A stretch of 64,000 bases of DNA from assembly GCA_964016885.1 (NCBI GenBank), contig OZ024750.1, positions 53,196,001 through 53,260,000 of the forward strand, in the 5' to 3' direction. The DNA comes from Eledone cirrhosa. Taxonomy: Eukaryota. The notes below the pieces were generated by a model, which saw nothing but the letters and a program-made list of their open reading frames with translations, ran no database searches and was not told the DNA's origin. Below are positions 37,986-50,849 of this stretch, piece after piece (position 1 is the first letter of the stretch; each line of letters starts with the position of its first letter). The position numbers were made by a program, and so were the translations under genes.

Positions 37986-38182
37986 AGGGCAGTGGATTGG
38001 CAGAATCAGTAGAGCATTGGACTAAATGTTTTGCAGTATTTAGTTATGGCTTTCTACATTCTGAGTTAAAATCCTGCTGAGGTCAACTTTGTTTTTCATC
38101 CTTACAGGGTCAATAAAATAAAGTACCAGTAACACACTGGGTAATTGCTGGCCTTGTGCCAAAAGTAGAAACAATTATTATT
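37986..38182 (+). mobile_element. Full-length SINE copy
   Basis: GGGCAGTGGATTGGCAGAATC head, B-box-like TTCTGAGTTAAAATCC, core and ATTATTA tail. Reverse complement matches 49895-50087. Confidence 0.85.
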
Positions 38183-39685
38183 AACACTCTTCTTCCTATT
38201 TGGGAAATAGCACCTTGTTTCAATTCCATTCAGATCAGTCTTAAACAATTCTCTATGACTTGACCCCAACTCCCTCCCTCCATCAGTTAACCTTCAAATA
38301 TTCTGCCAGGTGTTTTTTGGATATCCAGGCTTTCACTTTTTAGTTGACCATCTTAATGCTACTTTTGTTATCATGCCCTGGCCTATTTTCAGTGAGTGAT
38401 CTAGACACATGAATTGCTGGTAATTTATTTCAAGGACCACACTATTGCAACCAGTTTTGCCTGAACAGTTTCACATTTGACACTTTGTTGTGTCAAAGGA
38501 TAATCAGACTTTCTTTAAGCACCCATTCTAGAGTTTATTGATTTTATTCATGCCCCCCACCCCCTTTACCAAACACACTATACACAACATGCTGAGCCAC
38601 ACATTAGGACAGATTGATACTACCTGGACTTCTAGATTTACTGAAGTCTTGTGAAGGTCCTACAAGCTTTTATAAGCCTTGCCTGGATGTCCTTTTTTTT
38701 ATCTATTGACTTGACTAAAAATAGAGAAACATGACCATCTTCATCATACATCTTCTTTCCATGCCAGCAGTCGTGGGACAGATTATCAAAGTCTAAGATA
38801 GGGAGGGTTGGAGAACTACATTCTGCTTGTACAGTCAATATTTTGACATGGTTTCTATGACTGGATGCCCTTTCACATGTCAACAACTTTTCAGAGTGTA
38901 CTAGATGCATTTTATTGTGGTCTCAGATATATAACTGTGTGTATACAGTTTAGAATAGGTACTGTGTATTGACATCTGGAAGAGCGCCCAGCTGTAAAAC
39001 ATTGACTCAAAAAGGAACATGGTGATTGTGATTAAATCTACTATGGAATCTGCAAGGCTAACCCCTGTTTTAGTGGAGTAAAATTAGTTTTAAAACACAT
39101 GTTGTTATTATTGTTCTTAGTCCTGTATTGTTTCTGCTACTCTACCATTTTATTAAATATGAATGTAAATTAAAATCCCATGAAGAAGTCACAGCTTTAG
39201 ATTCACTAACTGGAGCTGAACTGATCCACGTTGAACACCAAAACAAACAAAAATGATTTAAAGAACAAACAAATCAACTAATGTGTTACCAATAACACAC
39301 ACACACACTCCCTCCCTCTCTCTCTTAAAACCCAGTAACATCTTATGTGGTTTTGAAAATACATGGTTGGAAAATATTTTTAAAATATATATATTTTTTA
39401 AAAATAAAAGCTGGCCTCTTCTGCAGTTTAGTGTAGCTTTGAACAGGATTGGAAAATAGTTTTAAATGTAAAACTGTTAATGTCCTGTTCCACAGTAAGG
39501 CATATTACTGAAGACAAGGTCATGTGAGGTGGAAGGGGTGGGGGTATCAGGTCATGTGAGGTGGAAGGGGGGGGGGGGGGGTCAGGTCATGTAAGCTGAA
39601 GTACCAGCTGGCCCTGTAAGATGGGAGTCCACTATTTGAATTACTATATAATGTATCCATAACTCATCTTTCCTTTGTCTTGCAG

Positions 39686-39776
39686 TGATGATGTACGAGA
39701 ACAAGGATTTACCATTATTCTTGATATGAGAGGTTCCACATGGCAAACAGTAAAACCTATACTAAAAGCCTTGCAG
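39686..39776 (+). CDS. trio: Trio/Kalirin Sec14 domain, third exon in window (91 nt)
   Basis: Acceptor TTTCCTTTGTCTTGCAG; donor CAG|GTCAGT. Phase 2 in, phase 0 out. Encodes (S)DDVREQGFTIILDMRGSTWQTVKPILKALQ, matching Trio RGFTVIVDMRGSKWDSIKPLLKILQ. Confidence 0.93.
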
Positions 39777-39825
39777 GTCAGTTGGAACAATATTCCTATA
39801 TATTTCAGTTTATTATTATTATTAA

Positions 39826-40035
39826 GAGCGAAGGATTGGCAGCATCGGTAGTGTCGGACACCACACTTTGCAGCATAGAGTTATGGCCCTTTAAGTTCTG
39901 AGTTCAAATCCCGAGGTTAGCTTTGCCTTTTATCATTTCAGGGTCCATAAAATAAAGAACCAGTAATACACTGAGGTCGATTTAATCGACTTTCCGCATT
40001 CCCCAAAATTGCTTACCTTGTGCATAAGCTACTAT
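39826..40035 (+). mobile_element. SINE copy
   Basis: GATTGGCAGCATCG head, GTTCTGAGTTCAAATCCCG, CTTTGCCTTTTATCATTTCAGGGTCCATAAAATAAAG core. Confidence 0.75.
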
Positions 40036-40199
40036 TCTTGGAATAAGTTACTATACTTTCAAAATTCTAATTCACTCTCTAAAACTATTGATTATTTATT
40101 TACTAGAAGTTACTCCTAACAAAACAGTGATTAACCAGAAACACAACAGAACCCAAGCAACTTCTTAATTTGTCAGGAGTTACAAAAGAAGAGAAATCT

Positions 40200-40397
40200 A
40201 ATCAGATTTTGCCCTTGGAATCAAAATGATCAACAGAATATTTAAAAGAATTAAGATTATAGTCATCAGGGAAACAAAATGAAGGAAGAGAGTTCCATAA
40301 GACAGACATTTGGAGTAGAAACTCTTCAGTGGTGACAACTACACTGAGAGGATGAGAATTTGTAGAAAGATGAGTCACTTAATTAGCACTTGTTAAA
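40200..40397 (-). mobile_element. Degenerate 3' end of a CR1/L2-group LINE
   Basis: Minus strand about 40300-40222 encodes LWNSLPSFCFPDDYNLNSFKYSVDHF, the WNxLP...YxLxxFK C-terminal motif of CR1/L2-group ORF2. Confidence 0.65.
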
Positions 40398-43300
40398 CAA
40401 CTGACTTAATCTGAGATCAAATGTTGAAACTAAAGCAATTATATATAGAAAAAACAGTTGTATCTGTCTGGCAACTGGCTTGATCTGAGATCAAATGTTG
40501 AAACTAAAGCAATTATATATAGAAAAGACACAGTTGTATCTGTCTGGCAACTGGCTTGATCTGAGATCAAATGTTGAAACTAAAGCAATTATGTATAGAA
40601 AAGACACAGTTGTATCTGTCTGGCAACTGGCTTAATCTGAGATCAAATGTTGAAACTAAAGCAATTATATATAGAAAAGACGCAGTTGTATCTGTCTGGC
40701 AACTGGCTTGATCTGAGATCAAATGTTGAAACTAAAGCAATTATATATAGAAAAGACAGTTGTATCTGTCTGGCAACTGACTTAATCCGAGATCAAATGT
40801 TGAAACTAAAGCAATTATATATAGAAAAGACACAGTTGTATCTGTCTGGCAACTGGCTTGATCTGAGATCAAATGTTGAAACTAAAGCAATTATATATAG
40901 AAAAGACAGTTGTATCTGTCTGGCAACTGGCTTAATCTGAGATCAAATGTTGAAACTAAAGCAATTATATATAGAAAAGACAGTTGTATCTGTCTGGCAA
41001 CTGGCTTAATCTGAGATCAAATGTTGAAACTAAAGCAATTATATATAGAAAAGACACAGTTGTATCTGTCTGGCAACTGACTTAATCTGAGATCAAATGT
41101 TGAAACTAAAGCAATTATATATAGAAAAGACACAGTTGTATCTGTCTGGCAACTGGCTTGATCTGAGATCAAATGTTGAAACTAAAGCAATTATATATAG
41201 AAAAGACGCAGTTGTATCTGTCTGGCAACTGACTTAATCTGAGATCAAATGTTGAAACTAAAGCAATTATATATAGAAAAGACACAGTTGTATCTGCCTG
41301 GCAACTGACTTGATCTGAGATCAAATGTTGAAACTAAAGCAATTATATATAGAAAAGACACAGTTGTATCTGTCTGGCAACTGGCTTAATCTGAGATCAA
41401 ATGTTGAAACTAAAGCAATTATATATAGAAAAGACACAGTTGTATCTGTCTGGCAACTGACTTAATCCGAGATCAAATGTTGAAACTAAAGCAATTATAT
41501 ATAGAAAAGACACAGTTGTATCTGCCTGGCAACTGGCTTGATCTGAGATCAAATGTTGAAACTAAAGCAATTATATATAGAAAAGACAGTTGTATCTGTC
41601 TGGCAACTGACTTAATCTGAGATCAAATGTTGAAACTAAAGCAATTATATATAGAAAAGACACAGTTGTATCTGTCTGGCAACTGACTTAATCTGAGATC
41701 AAATGTTGAAACTAAAGCAATTATATATAGAAAAGACACAGTTGTATCTGCCTGGCAACTGACTTGATCTGAGATCAAATGTTGAAACTAAAGCAATTAT
41801 ATATAGAAAAGACACAGTTGTATCTGTCTGGCAACTGACTTAATCCGAGATCAAATGTTGAAACTAAAGCAATTATATATAGAAAAGACACAGTTGTATC
41901 TGCCTGGCAACTGGCTTGATCTGAGATCAAATGTTGAAACTAAAGCAATTATATACAGAAAAGACAGTTGTATCTGTCTGGCAACTGACTTAATCTGAGA
42001 TCAAATGTTGAAACTAAAGCAATTATATATAGAAAAGACACAGTTGTATCTGTCTGGCAACTGACTTAATCTGAGATCAAATGTTGAAACTAAAGCAATT
42101 ATATATAGAAAAGACACAGTTGTATCTGTCTGGCAACTGGCTTGATCTGAGATCAAGTGTTGAAACTAAAGCAATTATATATAGAAAAGACAGTTGTATC
42201 TGTCTGGCAACTGGCTTAATCTGAGATCAAATGTTGAAACTAAAGCAATTATATATAGAAAAGACACAGTTGTATCTGTCTGGCAACTGGCTTGATCTGA
42301 GATCAAATGTTGAAACTAAAGCAATTATATATAGAAAAGACAGTTGTATCTGTCTGGCAACTGGCTTAATCTGAGATCAAATGTTGAAACTAAAGCAATT
42401 ATATATAGAAAAGACACAGTTGTATCTGCCTGGCAACTGGCTTAATCTGAGATCAAATGTTGAAACTAAAGCAATTATATATAGAAAAGACGCAGTTGTA
42501 TCTGTCTGGCAACTGGCTTGATCTGAGATCAAATGTTGAAACTAAAGCAATTATATATAGAAAAGACAGTTGTATCTGTCTGGCAACTGACTTAATCCGA
42601 GATCAAATGTTGAAACTAAAGCAATTATATATAGAAAAGACACAGTTGTATCTGTCTGGCAACTGGCTTGATCTGAGATCAAATGTTGAAACTAAAGCAA
42701 TTATATATAAAAAAGACAGTTGTATCTGTCTGGCAACTGGCTTAATCTGAGATCAAATGTTGAAACTAAAGCAATTATATATAGAAAAGACAGTTGTATC
42801 TGTCTGGCAACTGGCTTAATCTGAGATCAAATGTTGAAACTAAAGCAATTATATATAGAAAAGACACAGTTGTATCTGTCTGGCAACTGACTTAATCCGA
42901 GATCAAATGTTGAAACTAAAGCAATTATATATAGAAAAGACACAGTTGTATCTGCCTGGCAACTGGCTTGATCTGAGATCAAATGTTGAAACTAAAGCAA
43001 TTATATATAGAAAAGACAGTTGTATCTGTCTGGCAACTGACTTAATCTGAGATCAAATGTTGAAACTAAAGCAATTATATATAGAAAAGACACAGTTGTA
43101 TCTGTCTGGCAACTGACTTAATCTGAGATCAAATGTTGAAACTAAAGCAATTATATATAGAAAAGACACAGTTGTATCTGCCTGGCAACTGACTTGATCT
43201 GAGATCAAATGTTGAAACTAAAGCAATTATATATAGAAAAGACACAGTTGTATCTGTCTGGCAACTGACTTAATCCGAGATCAAATGTTGAAACTAAAGC

Positions 43301-46300
43301 AATTATATATAGAAAAGACACAGTTGTATCTGCTTGGCAACTGGCTTGATCTGAGATCAAATGTTGAAACTAAAGCAATTATATATAGAAAAGACAGTTG
43401 TATCTGTCTGGCAACTGACTTAATCTGAGATCAAATGTTGAAACTAAAGCAATTATATATAGAAAAGACACAGTTGTATCTGTCTGGCAACTGACTTAAT
43501 CTGAGATCAAATGTTGAAACTAAAGCAATTATATATAGAAAAGACACAGTTGTATCTGTCTGGAAACTGACTTAATCCGAGATCAAATGTTGAAACTAAA
43601 GCAATTATATATAAAAAAGACACAGTTGTATCTGCCTGGCAACTGGCTTGATCTGAGATCAAATGTTGAAACTAAAGCAATTATATATAGAAAAGACAGT
43701 TGTATCTGTCTGGCAACTGACTTAATCTGAGATCAAATGTTGAAACTAAAGCAATTATATATAGAAAAGACACAGTTGTATCTGTCTGGCAACTGACTTA
43801 ATCTGAGATCAAATGTTGAAACTAAAGCAATTATATATAGAAAAGACACAGTTGTATCTGCCTGGCAACTGACTTGATCTGAGATCAAATGTTGAAACTA
43901 AAGCAATTATATATAGAAAAGACACAGTTGTATCTGCCTGGCAACTGGCTTGATCTGAGATCAAATGTTGAAACTAAAGCAATTATATATAGAAAAGACA
44001 GTTGTATCTGTCTGGCAACTGACTTAATCTGAGATCAAATGTTGAAACTAAAGCAATTATATATAGAAAAGACACAGTTGTATCTGTCTGGCAACTGACT
44101 TAATCTGAGATCAAATGTTGAAACTAAAGCAATTATATATAGAAAAGACACAGTTGTATCTGTCTGGCAACTGGCTTGATCTGAGATCAAGTGTTGAAAC
44201 TAAAGCAATTATATATAGAAAAGACAGTTGTATCTGTCTGGCAACTGGCTTAATCTGAGATCAAATGTTGAAACTAAAGCAATTATATATAGAAAAGACA
44301 CAGTTGTATCTGTCTGGCAACTGGCTTGATCTGAGATCAAATGTTGAAACTAAAGCAATTATATATAGAAAAGACAGTTGTATCTGTCTGGCAACTGGCT
44401 TAATCTGAGATCAAATGTTGAAACTAAAGCAATTATATATAGAAAAGACACAGTTGTATCTGCCTGGCAACTGACTTGATCTGAGATCAAATGTTGAAAC
44501 TAAAGCAATTATATATAGAAAAAACAGTTGTATCTGTCTGGCAACTGGCTTGATCTGAGATCAAATGTTGAAACTAAAGCAATTATATATAGAAAAGACA
44601 CAGTTGTATCTGTCTGGCAACTGGCTTGATCTGAGATCAAATGTTGAAACTAAAGCAATTATATATAGAAAAGACGCAGTTGTATCTGTCTGGCAACTGG
44701 CTTAATCTGAGATCAAATGTTGAAACTAAAGCAATTATATATAGAAAAGACAGTTGTATCTGTCTGGCAACTGGCTTAATCTGAGATCAAATGTTGAAAC
44801 TAAAGCAATTATATATAGAAAAGACACAGTTGTATCTGTCTGGCAACTGACTTAATCTGAGATCAAATGTTGAAACTAAAGCAATTATATATAGAAAAGA
44901 CACAGTTGTATCTGTCTGGCAACTGGCTTGATCTGAGATCAAATGTTGAAACTAAAGCAATTATATATAGAAAAGACGCAGTTGTATCTGTCTGGCAACT
45001 GACTTAATCTGAGATCAAATGTTGAAACTAAAGCAATTATATATAGAAAAGACACAGTTGTATCTGCCTGGCAACTGGCTTGATCTGAGATCAAATGTTG
45101 AAACTAAAGCAATTATATATAGAAAAGACAGTTGTATCTGTCTGGCAACTGACTTAATCTGAGATCAAATGTTGAAACTAAAGCAATTATATATAGAAAA
45201 GACACAGTTGTATCTGTCTGGCAACTGACTTAATCTGAGATCAAATGTTGAAACTAAAGCAATTATATATAGAAAAGACACAGTTGTATCTGCCTGGCAA
45301 CTGACTTGATCTGAGATCAAATGTTGAAACTAAAGCAATTATATATAGAAAAGACACAGTTGTATCTGTCTGGCAACTGACTTAATCCGAGATCAAATGT
45401 TGAAACTAAAGCAATTATATATAGAAAAGACACAGTTGTATCTGCCTGGCAACTGGCTTGATCTGAGATCAAATGTTGAAACTAAAGCAATTATATATAG
45501 AAAAGACAGTTGTATCTGTCTGGCAACTGACTTAATCTGAGATCAAATGTTGAAACTAAAGCAATTATATATAGAAAAGACACAGTTGTATCTGTCTGGC
45601 AACTGACTTAATCTGAGATCAAATGTTGAAACTAAAGCAATTATATATAGAAAAGACACAGTTGTATCTGTCTGGCAACTGGCTTGATCTGAGATCAAAT
45701 GTTGAAACTAAAGCAATTATATATAGAAAAGACAGTTGTATCTGTCTGGCAACTGGCTTAATCTGAGATCAAATGTTGAAACTAAAGCAATTATATATAG
45801 AAAAGACACAGTTGTATCTGCCTGGCAACTGACTTGATCTGAGATCAAATGTTGAAACTAAAGCAATTATATATAGAAAAAACAGTTGTATCTGTCTGGC
45901 AACTGGCTTGATCTGAGATCAAATGTTGAAACTAAAGCAATTATATATAGAAAAGACACAGTTGTATCTGTCTGGCAACTGACTTAATCTGAGATCAAAT
46001 GTTGAAACTAAAGCAATTATATATAGAAAAGACACAGTTGTATCTGCCTGGCAACTGACTTGATCTGAGATCAAATGTTGAAACTAAAGCAATTATATAT
46101 AGAAAAGACACAGTTGTATCTGTCTGGCAACTGACTTAATCCGAGATCAAATGTTGAAACTAAAGCAATTATATATAGAAAAGACACAGTTGTATCTGCC
46201 TGGCAACTGGCTTGATCTGAGATCAAATGTTGAAACTAAAGCAATTATATATAGAAAAGACAGTTGTATCTGTCTGGCAACTGACTTAATCTGAGATCAA

Positions 46301-46917
46301 ATGTTGAAACTAAAGCAATTATATATAGAAAAGACACAGTTGTATCTGTCTGGCAACTGACTTAATCTGAGATCAAATGTTGAAACTAAAGCAATTATAT
46401 ATAGAAAAGACACAGTTGTATCTGTCTGGCAACTGGCTTGATCTGAGATCAAATGTTGAAACTAAAGCAATTATATATAGAAAAGACAGTTGTATCTGTC
46501 TGGCAACTGGCTTAATCTGAGATCAAATGTTGAAACTAAAGCAATTATATATAGAAAAGACACAGTTGTATCTGCCTGGCAACTGACTTGATCTGAGATC
46601 AAATGTTGAAACTAAAGCAATTATATATAGAAAAAACAGTTGTATCTGTCTGGCAACTGGCTTGATCTGAGATCAAATGTTGAAACTAAAGCAATTATAT
46701 ATAGAAAAGACACAGTTGTATCTGTCTGGCAACTGGCTTGATCTGAGATCAAATGTTGAAACTAAAGCAATTATATATAGAAAAGACGCAGTTGTATCTG
46801 TCTGGCAACTGGCTTAATCTGAGATCAAATGTTGAAACTAAAGCAATTATATATAGAAAAGACACAGTTGTATCTGTCTGGCAACTGGCTTGATCTGAGA
46901 TCAAGTGTTGAAACTAA
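40398..46917. repeat. 74/76-bp satellite, about 86 copies, highly homogeneous
   Basis: Unit CAACTGGCTTGATCTGAGATCAAATGTTGAAACTAAAGCAATTATATATAGAAAAGA(CA)CAGTTGTATCTGTCTGG. Confidence 0.98.
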
Positions 46918-48126
46918 TCAATTCCATTAAGGAAGCATCCTTTTAGCCATTTTAGAAAAAAAAAAATGTTTTTAAAAACTGTTATATTCACTTTTCATTT
47001 ATTTTGTGGTGTTAAAATGTTTAGTTTGTTATTTTGACTTTGTCTTTGTGAGCCTGAATAGGAGTAGGGTGATGGATACCAATTGCAGTAAAATTGTGTA
47101 ACAATGCATATTTCTTTCAATATCTATTACAATGGAAATATAGTTAACTAAATTGGATTATTTGCACCAGTTGGGCTTCTGCAGTATATCATCATCATCA
47201 TCATCATTTAATGTCTGTTTTTGCTTGTCCACCTCTTCAAACCGTCACCCCTGATACACCTGTTCAACCCACACATACAAGCATGAAAGCTGGACAGACT
47301 ACATCTGATCTCCTATAATGCTGTTACCATGACAAAAAGCACTTGCACTATAACATGGTGTCAGGAAGGGCATCTAGCTGTAGAAATCAAACCAAAATAC
47401 AGATCCATATGAGCAAGATGTGGATTACCTGACTCGTCTCATAACATGATAACCTGTCTAACCCATGCAAGTGTGGAAAAAATAGATGTTAAATGATCAT
47501 GATGGTGACGATGATGAATAACAAAACATACAACAAGCATTTTAAGGCCATTTTTCATGCTAAAAAAAGGGGTTAGACTTCCATGCTAGGTTTCATAATG
47601 GGGGTTGTTTCTGAGGTAACCTTTTCCTGGCAGTAACCCTTTTAGTTGTCTCAACATGTAGGACTATGTTGTACCTAACACAGTTATTACGCGAACAATA
47701 ACATTATTTCAGGAGACAGAAGTTCTATTGTAGATTCAATGTAAGAACCTTACAACCTTTTGTTTATGTTCTAAACATCTGTTTAATAAATCTCTAAATA
47801 TAACAGTTGCAGTTATTTTACTGCCACTTCAGCTCTTAATTATATGAACATTTATTGAATCACATATGCAGTGTATTCTTTTGTTTGAGATAAACAGTGG
47901 CTTGAAAGATATTATGTGGATATAGTGTGTTATTGTAGCTATTGTAGGTCTTCATCAGGCTAATTGTGATCTTACTAGTAGTATACTTAGTCGAAATAGT
48001 TAACTCTTTAAGTACCAGTGTTCTTTTTTTGGTATGCCACTGCCCCAGGCTGGAATTACATATTTATTTTTTTAATTCCCCCCCCCCCCCCCCAAAAAAA
48101 AATACAATGTTAAAAATAAAATGAGA

Positions 48127-49300
48127 TCATCATCATCATTTAATGCCTATCTTCAGCGCTAGCATGGGTTAGACAGGAATTGTCCCACTTGAGGCAAGGT
48201 TGGTCGGGTGACCGTGTCTCGCTCATATAGGACTATCTGGCAGGTTTTCTACGGCTGGATGCCCTTCCTAACACCAACCACATTTACAGTGTGGAACTGG
48301 GAACTTTTTACCATGTTACCTACACGGCCACATTACAGCGTGGACTGTGTTTTTTTCTTGTGACACCTACACGATCTCGATCTCATTATCTCAATTATTT
48401 GGATTGGATGTTGTGGTACCAACTTTACAGAGAAAGGGTGGTGTTGGTGGGAGTGGGAGGATAGGGTAGGGGTAGTGGATTGGGGTGTATATTTGGTTAA
48501 GAGGTGCCTACTGACTGTAGGTTTCGCTTTGTACATAGGCAAGGCGGGTCTTCTGTATTACTGCGTGGCGTCAAAAATCTCAGTCCAGTGACATTGTCTT
48601 AGAGAGGTGCAAGTGTGTAAAATTTATCAAATTGTCCCAGGTTTTTCTGGGTCTACCTACTCTGTAACTTCCATCTATTTTGATTGCCCTGCACCTTTTT
48701 ATACAGCTGTCGTCTTTCATGGGCATCACGTGACCATACCAACGTAGTCTTCTCTCAAGTAAACAGCATCTGATCCTTCTTATTCCTAATTTCTCACTTA
48801 GTTCATTTATGCCTTGCCGTTCACGTATATTACTATTACACATCCAACGGAGCATGCATGCTTCATTCCTTTCCAGCTGCGCAGGTCCTCTGCACACAAT
48901 GCCCATGTCTCACTGCCATGTAACATTGCTGTTCGTATACAGGCATCATACAATCTGCCTTTCATTTTTAGAGAGAAACCTTTAGTGGCCAACATCGGTA
49001 TAAGCCCACTGAACAACAAACATCAACTTCCTTACATTCAAGCATCTCTACAACCTCATTTGAGCGACCTTTCAATGTGCCTACGTTCATGGTACCAACT
49101 TTGAAGTTGGGTGGGTGGGATGGATGGGGTGGAAGAGCAGGGACGGGTGTGGGAGACAGAATTATGTTGGTCATCCGTGTCTGAAATAAAAAGGGGTCCT
49201 TGTATTCTCGTCCTGCAACGGGAGGTGAATTTATCTTTATCTGTGACATTGTCATTGAGTGTTCAGACTTTCCAAATTCCGCAGTCCACTTAGCAAACTG
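48127..49300 (-). mobile_element. Internally deleted RTE LINE (endonuclease N-terminus fused to the 3' end)
   Basis: FKVGTMNVGTLKGRSNEVVEMLECKEVDVCC (APE start) joins at about 49010 to LIPMLATKGFSLKMKG...HGSETW...RRLRWYGH, then 3' UTR and (GAT)n tail. The 5' boundary is approximate. Confidence 0.85.
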
Positions 49301-49894
49301 AAAAACAACCAGATCTAAACTTAAGGAGTAATAACTGAGGTGGTGGCTTTGCTATACTGATTGGTAAGAGAACTTACTATAAACTGCTGAGTTATGATTG
49401 GACCAAATAGCAATGGTGGTGTGCAGGTGTGGGAGAGCAGGAAATGGGTAACTTTAGGAGAAGGTTAGTTTTTAGGATGGGTCCAACAGAATGAGGCATA
49501 TTATTAAAAACATGTGAAATATTAATTGAAAATCTGAGAGAAAAAAAGAGAGATTAGATTCTAAACAGACATAAATACCAGATTAAATGACACTGGTTAA
49601 ATGGACTATGAAAAATGGAAAGACAGAAAAAAGTGGTTTGCTTACATTCTCAAATTGACCGTAAAGAGAGATTAGATAGATAAATTCTGACCTTAGAACC
49701 CTACATTTTCATGAACTATTCTCTTTATCTGGACTAAACTAAATTAAAACTTAATACATTTTAGGTGTACATGGGTAGGGGGTAAACAACATAACAGTAC
49801 ATCTTAATAGTAATGTTGTAGTTAGTTGTAATAACCAATTCTTGCGTTGTAGTTAATTATAGTAAACCAATTTTATAATAATAATAATGATAAT

Positions 49895-50087
49895 AATAAT
49901 TGTTTCTACTTTTGGCACAAGGCCAGCAATTACCCAGTGTATTACTGGTACTTTATTTTATCGACCCCGGAAGGACGAAAGGCAAAGTTAACCACGGCGG
50001 AATTTGAACTCAGACCGTAAAGGGACGTAACTATGCTAGAAAGCATGGCGTCCAACCCTCTACTGATACTGCCAATTCACTGCCCCT
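49895..50087 (-). mobile_element. Full-length, well-preserved SINE
   Basis: Minus strand reads GGGCAGTGAATTGGCAGTATC...CTGAGTTCAAATTCCGCC...GGGGTCGATAAAATAAAGTACCAGT...GTAGAAACAATTATTA. Confidence 0.88.
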
Positions 50088-50272
50088 ATTATTATTATTA
50101 TAGGAGTGTTTCCAAATCTGGGTTCTTAAAATGCCCAGAGTTTTGCGAGAGGGTTGTCTTTTTAACTATTTTGATACCAGTCTACCTGAAACCTAGATTT
50201 ATCATACAAAATGACTCATTATTTTATTTTAGAAATATATATTAAGTAATAGTCTAAATATCAGCTTACAAA

Positions 50273-50625
50273 TCATCATCATCATCATCGTTTAACGTCT
50301 ATCTTCCACGCTAGCATGGGTTTAGATGGGAATTGTCCCACTGGAGGCAAGATTGGTCGTCTCGCTCGTATAGGACTATCCGGCAGGTTTTCTACGCCTG
50401 GATGCACTTCCTAACACCAATCCTGTTTACAGTGTGGACTGGGAGGCTTTTACTGTGTTACCTACACAGCCACATTACAGCGTAGACTGTTTTTTTGTTG
50501 TGACACCTACACGACCTCATTTATTTAGGACTCGATGTTGTGGTACCAACATAACTTTACAGAGAAAGGGATGGTGTTGATAGGGGTGGGGGTGGAGTTG
50601 AGGTAGTAGGATGGGGGTGCATTTA
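50273..50625 (-). mobile_element. RTE 3' UTR-only insertion
   Basis: Homologous to 11721-12070 and 48127-48490; (CAT)n end. Confidence 0.88.
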
Positions 50626-50849
50626 TTATGTTTCTTCAAATTTTTGACTATTTTCAAAATTAATTGAAACACTTGGGCAGTTTATTTCATTAGAAACACA
50701 ATAGTGAAAGGATTAATAAAAATCTTTCTCTCTTTCAATGCTTGCACAGGTTAGAACGGTTGAGACCTTATGAGACAATACAGGCCTGGTGATCACATCT
50801 TGTTCATACAGATATGTATTTTGGACTAGATGCTTTTTCGTTGTGTCTC

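Noticed and set aside
50104-50200. Candidate next Trio exon (TAG|GAGTGTTTC = ECF...)
   Set aside because: Only three residues resemble the expected continuation. The rest (QIWVLKMPR...) lacks the IIKP..FWQK motif, hits a stop, and there is no good pyrimidine tract.
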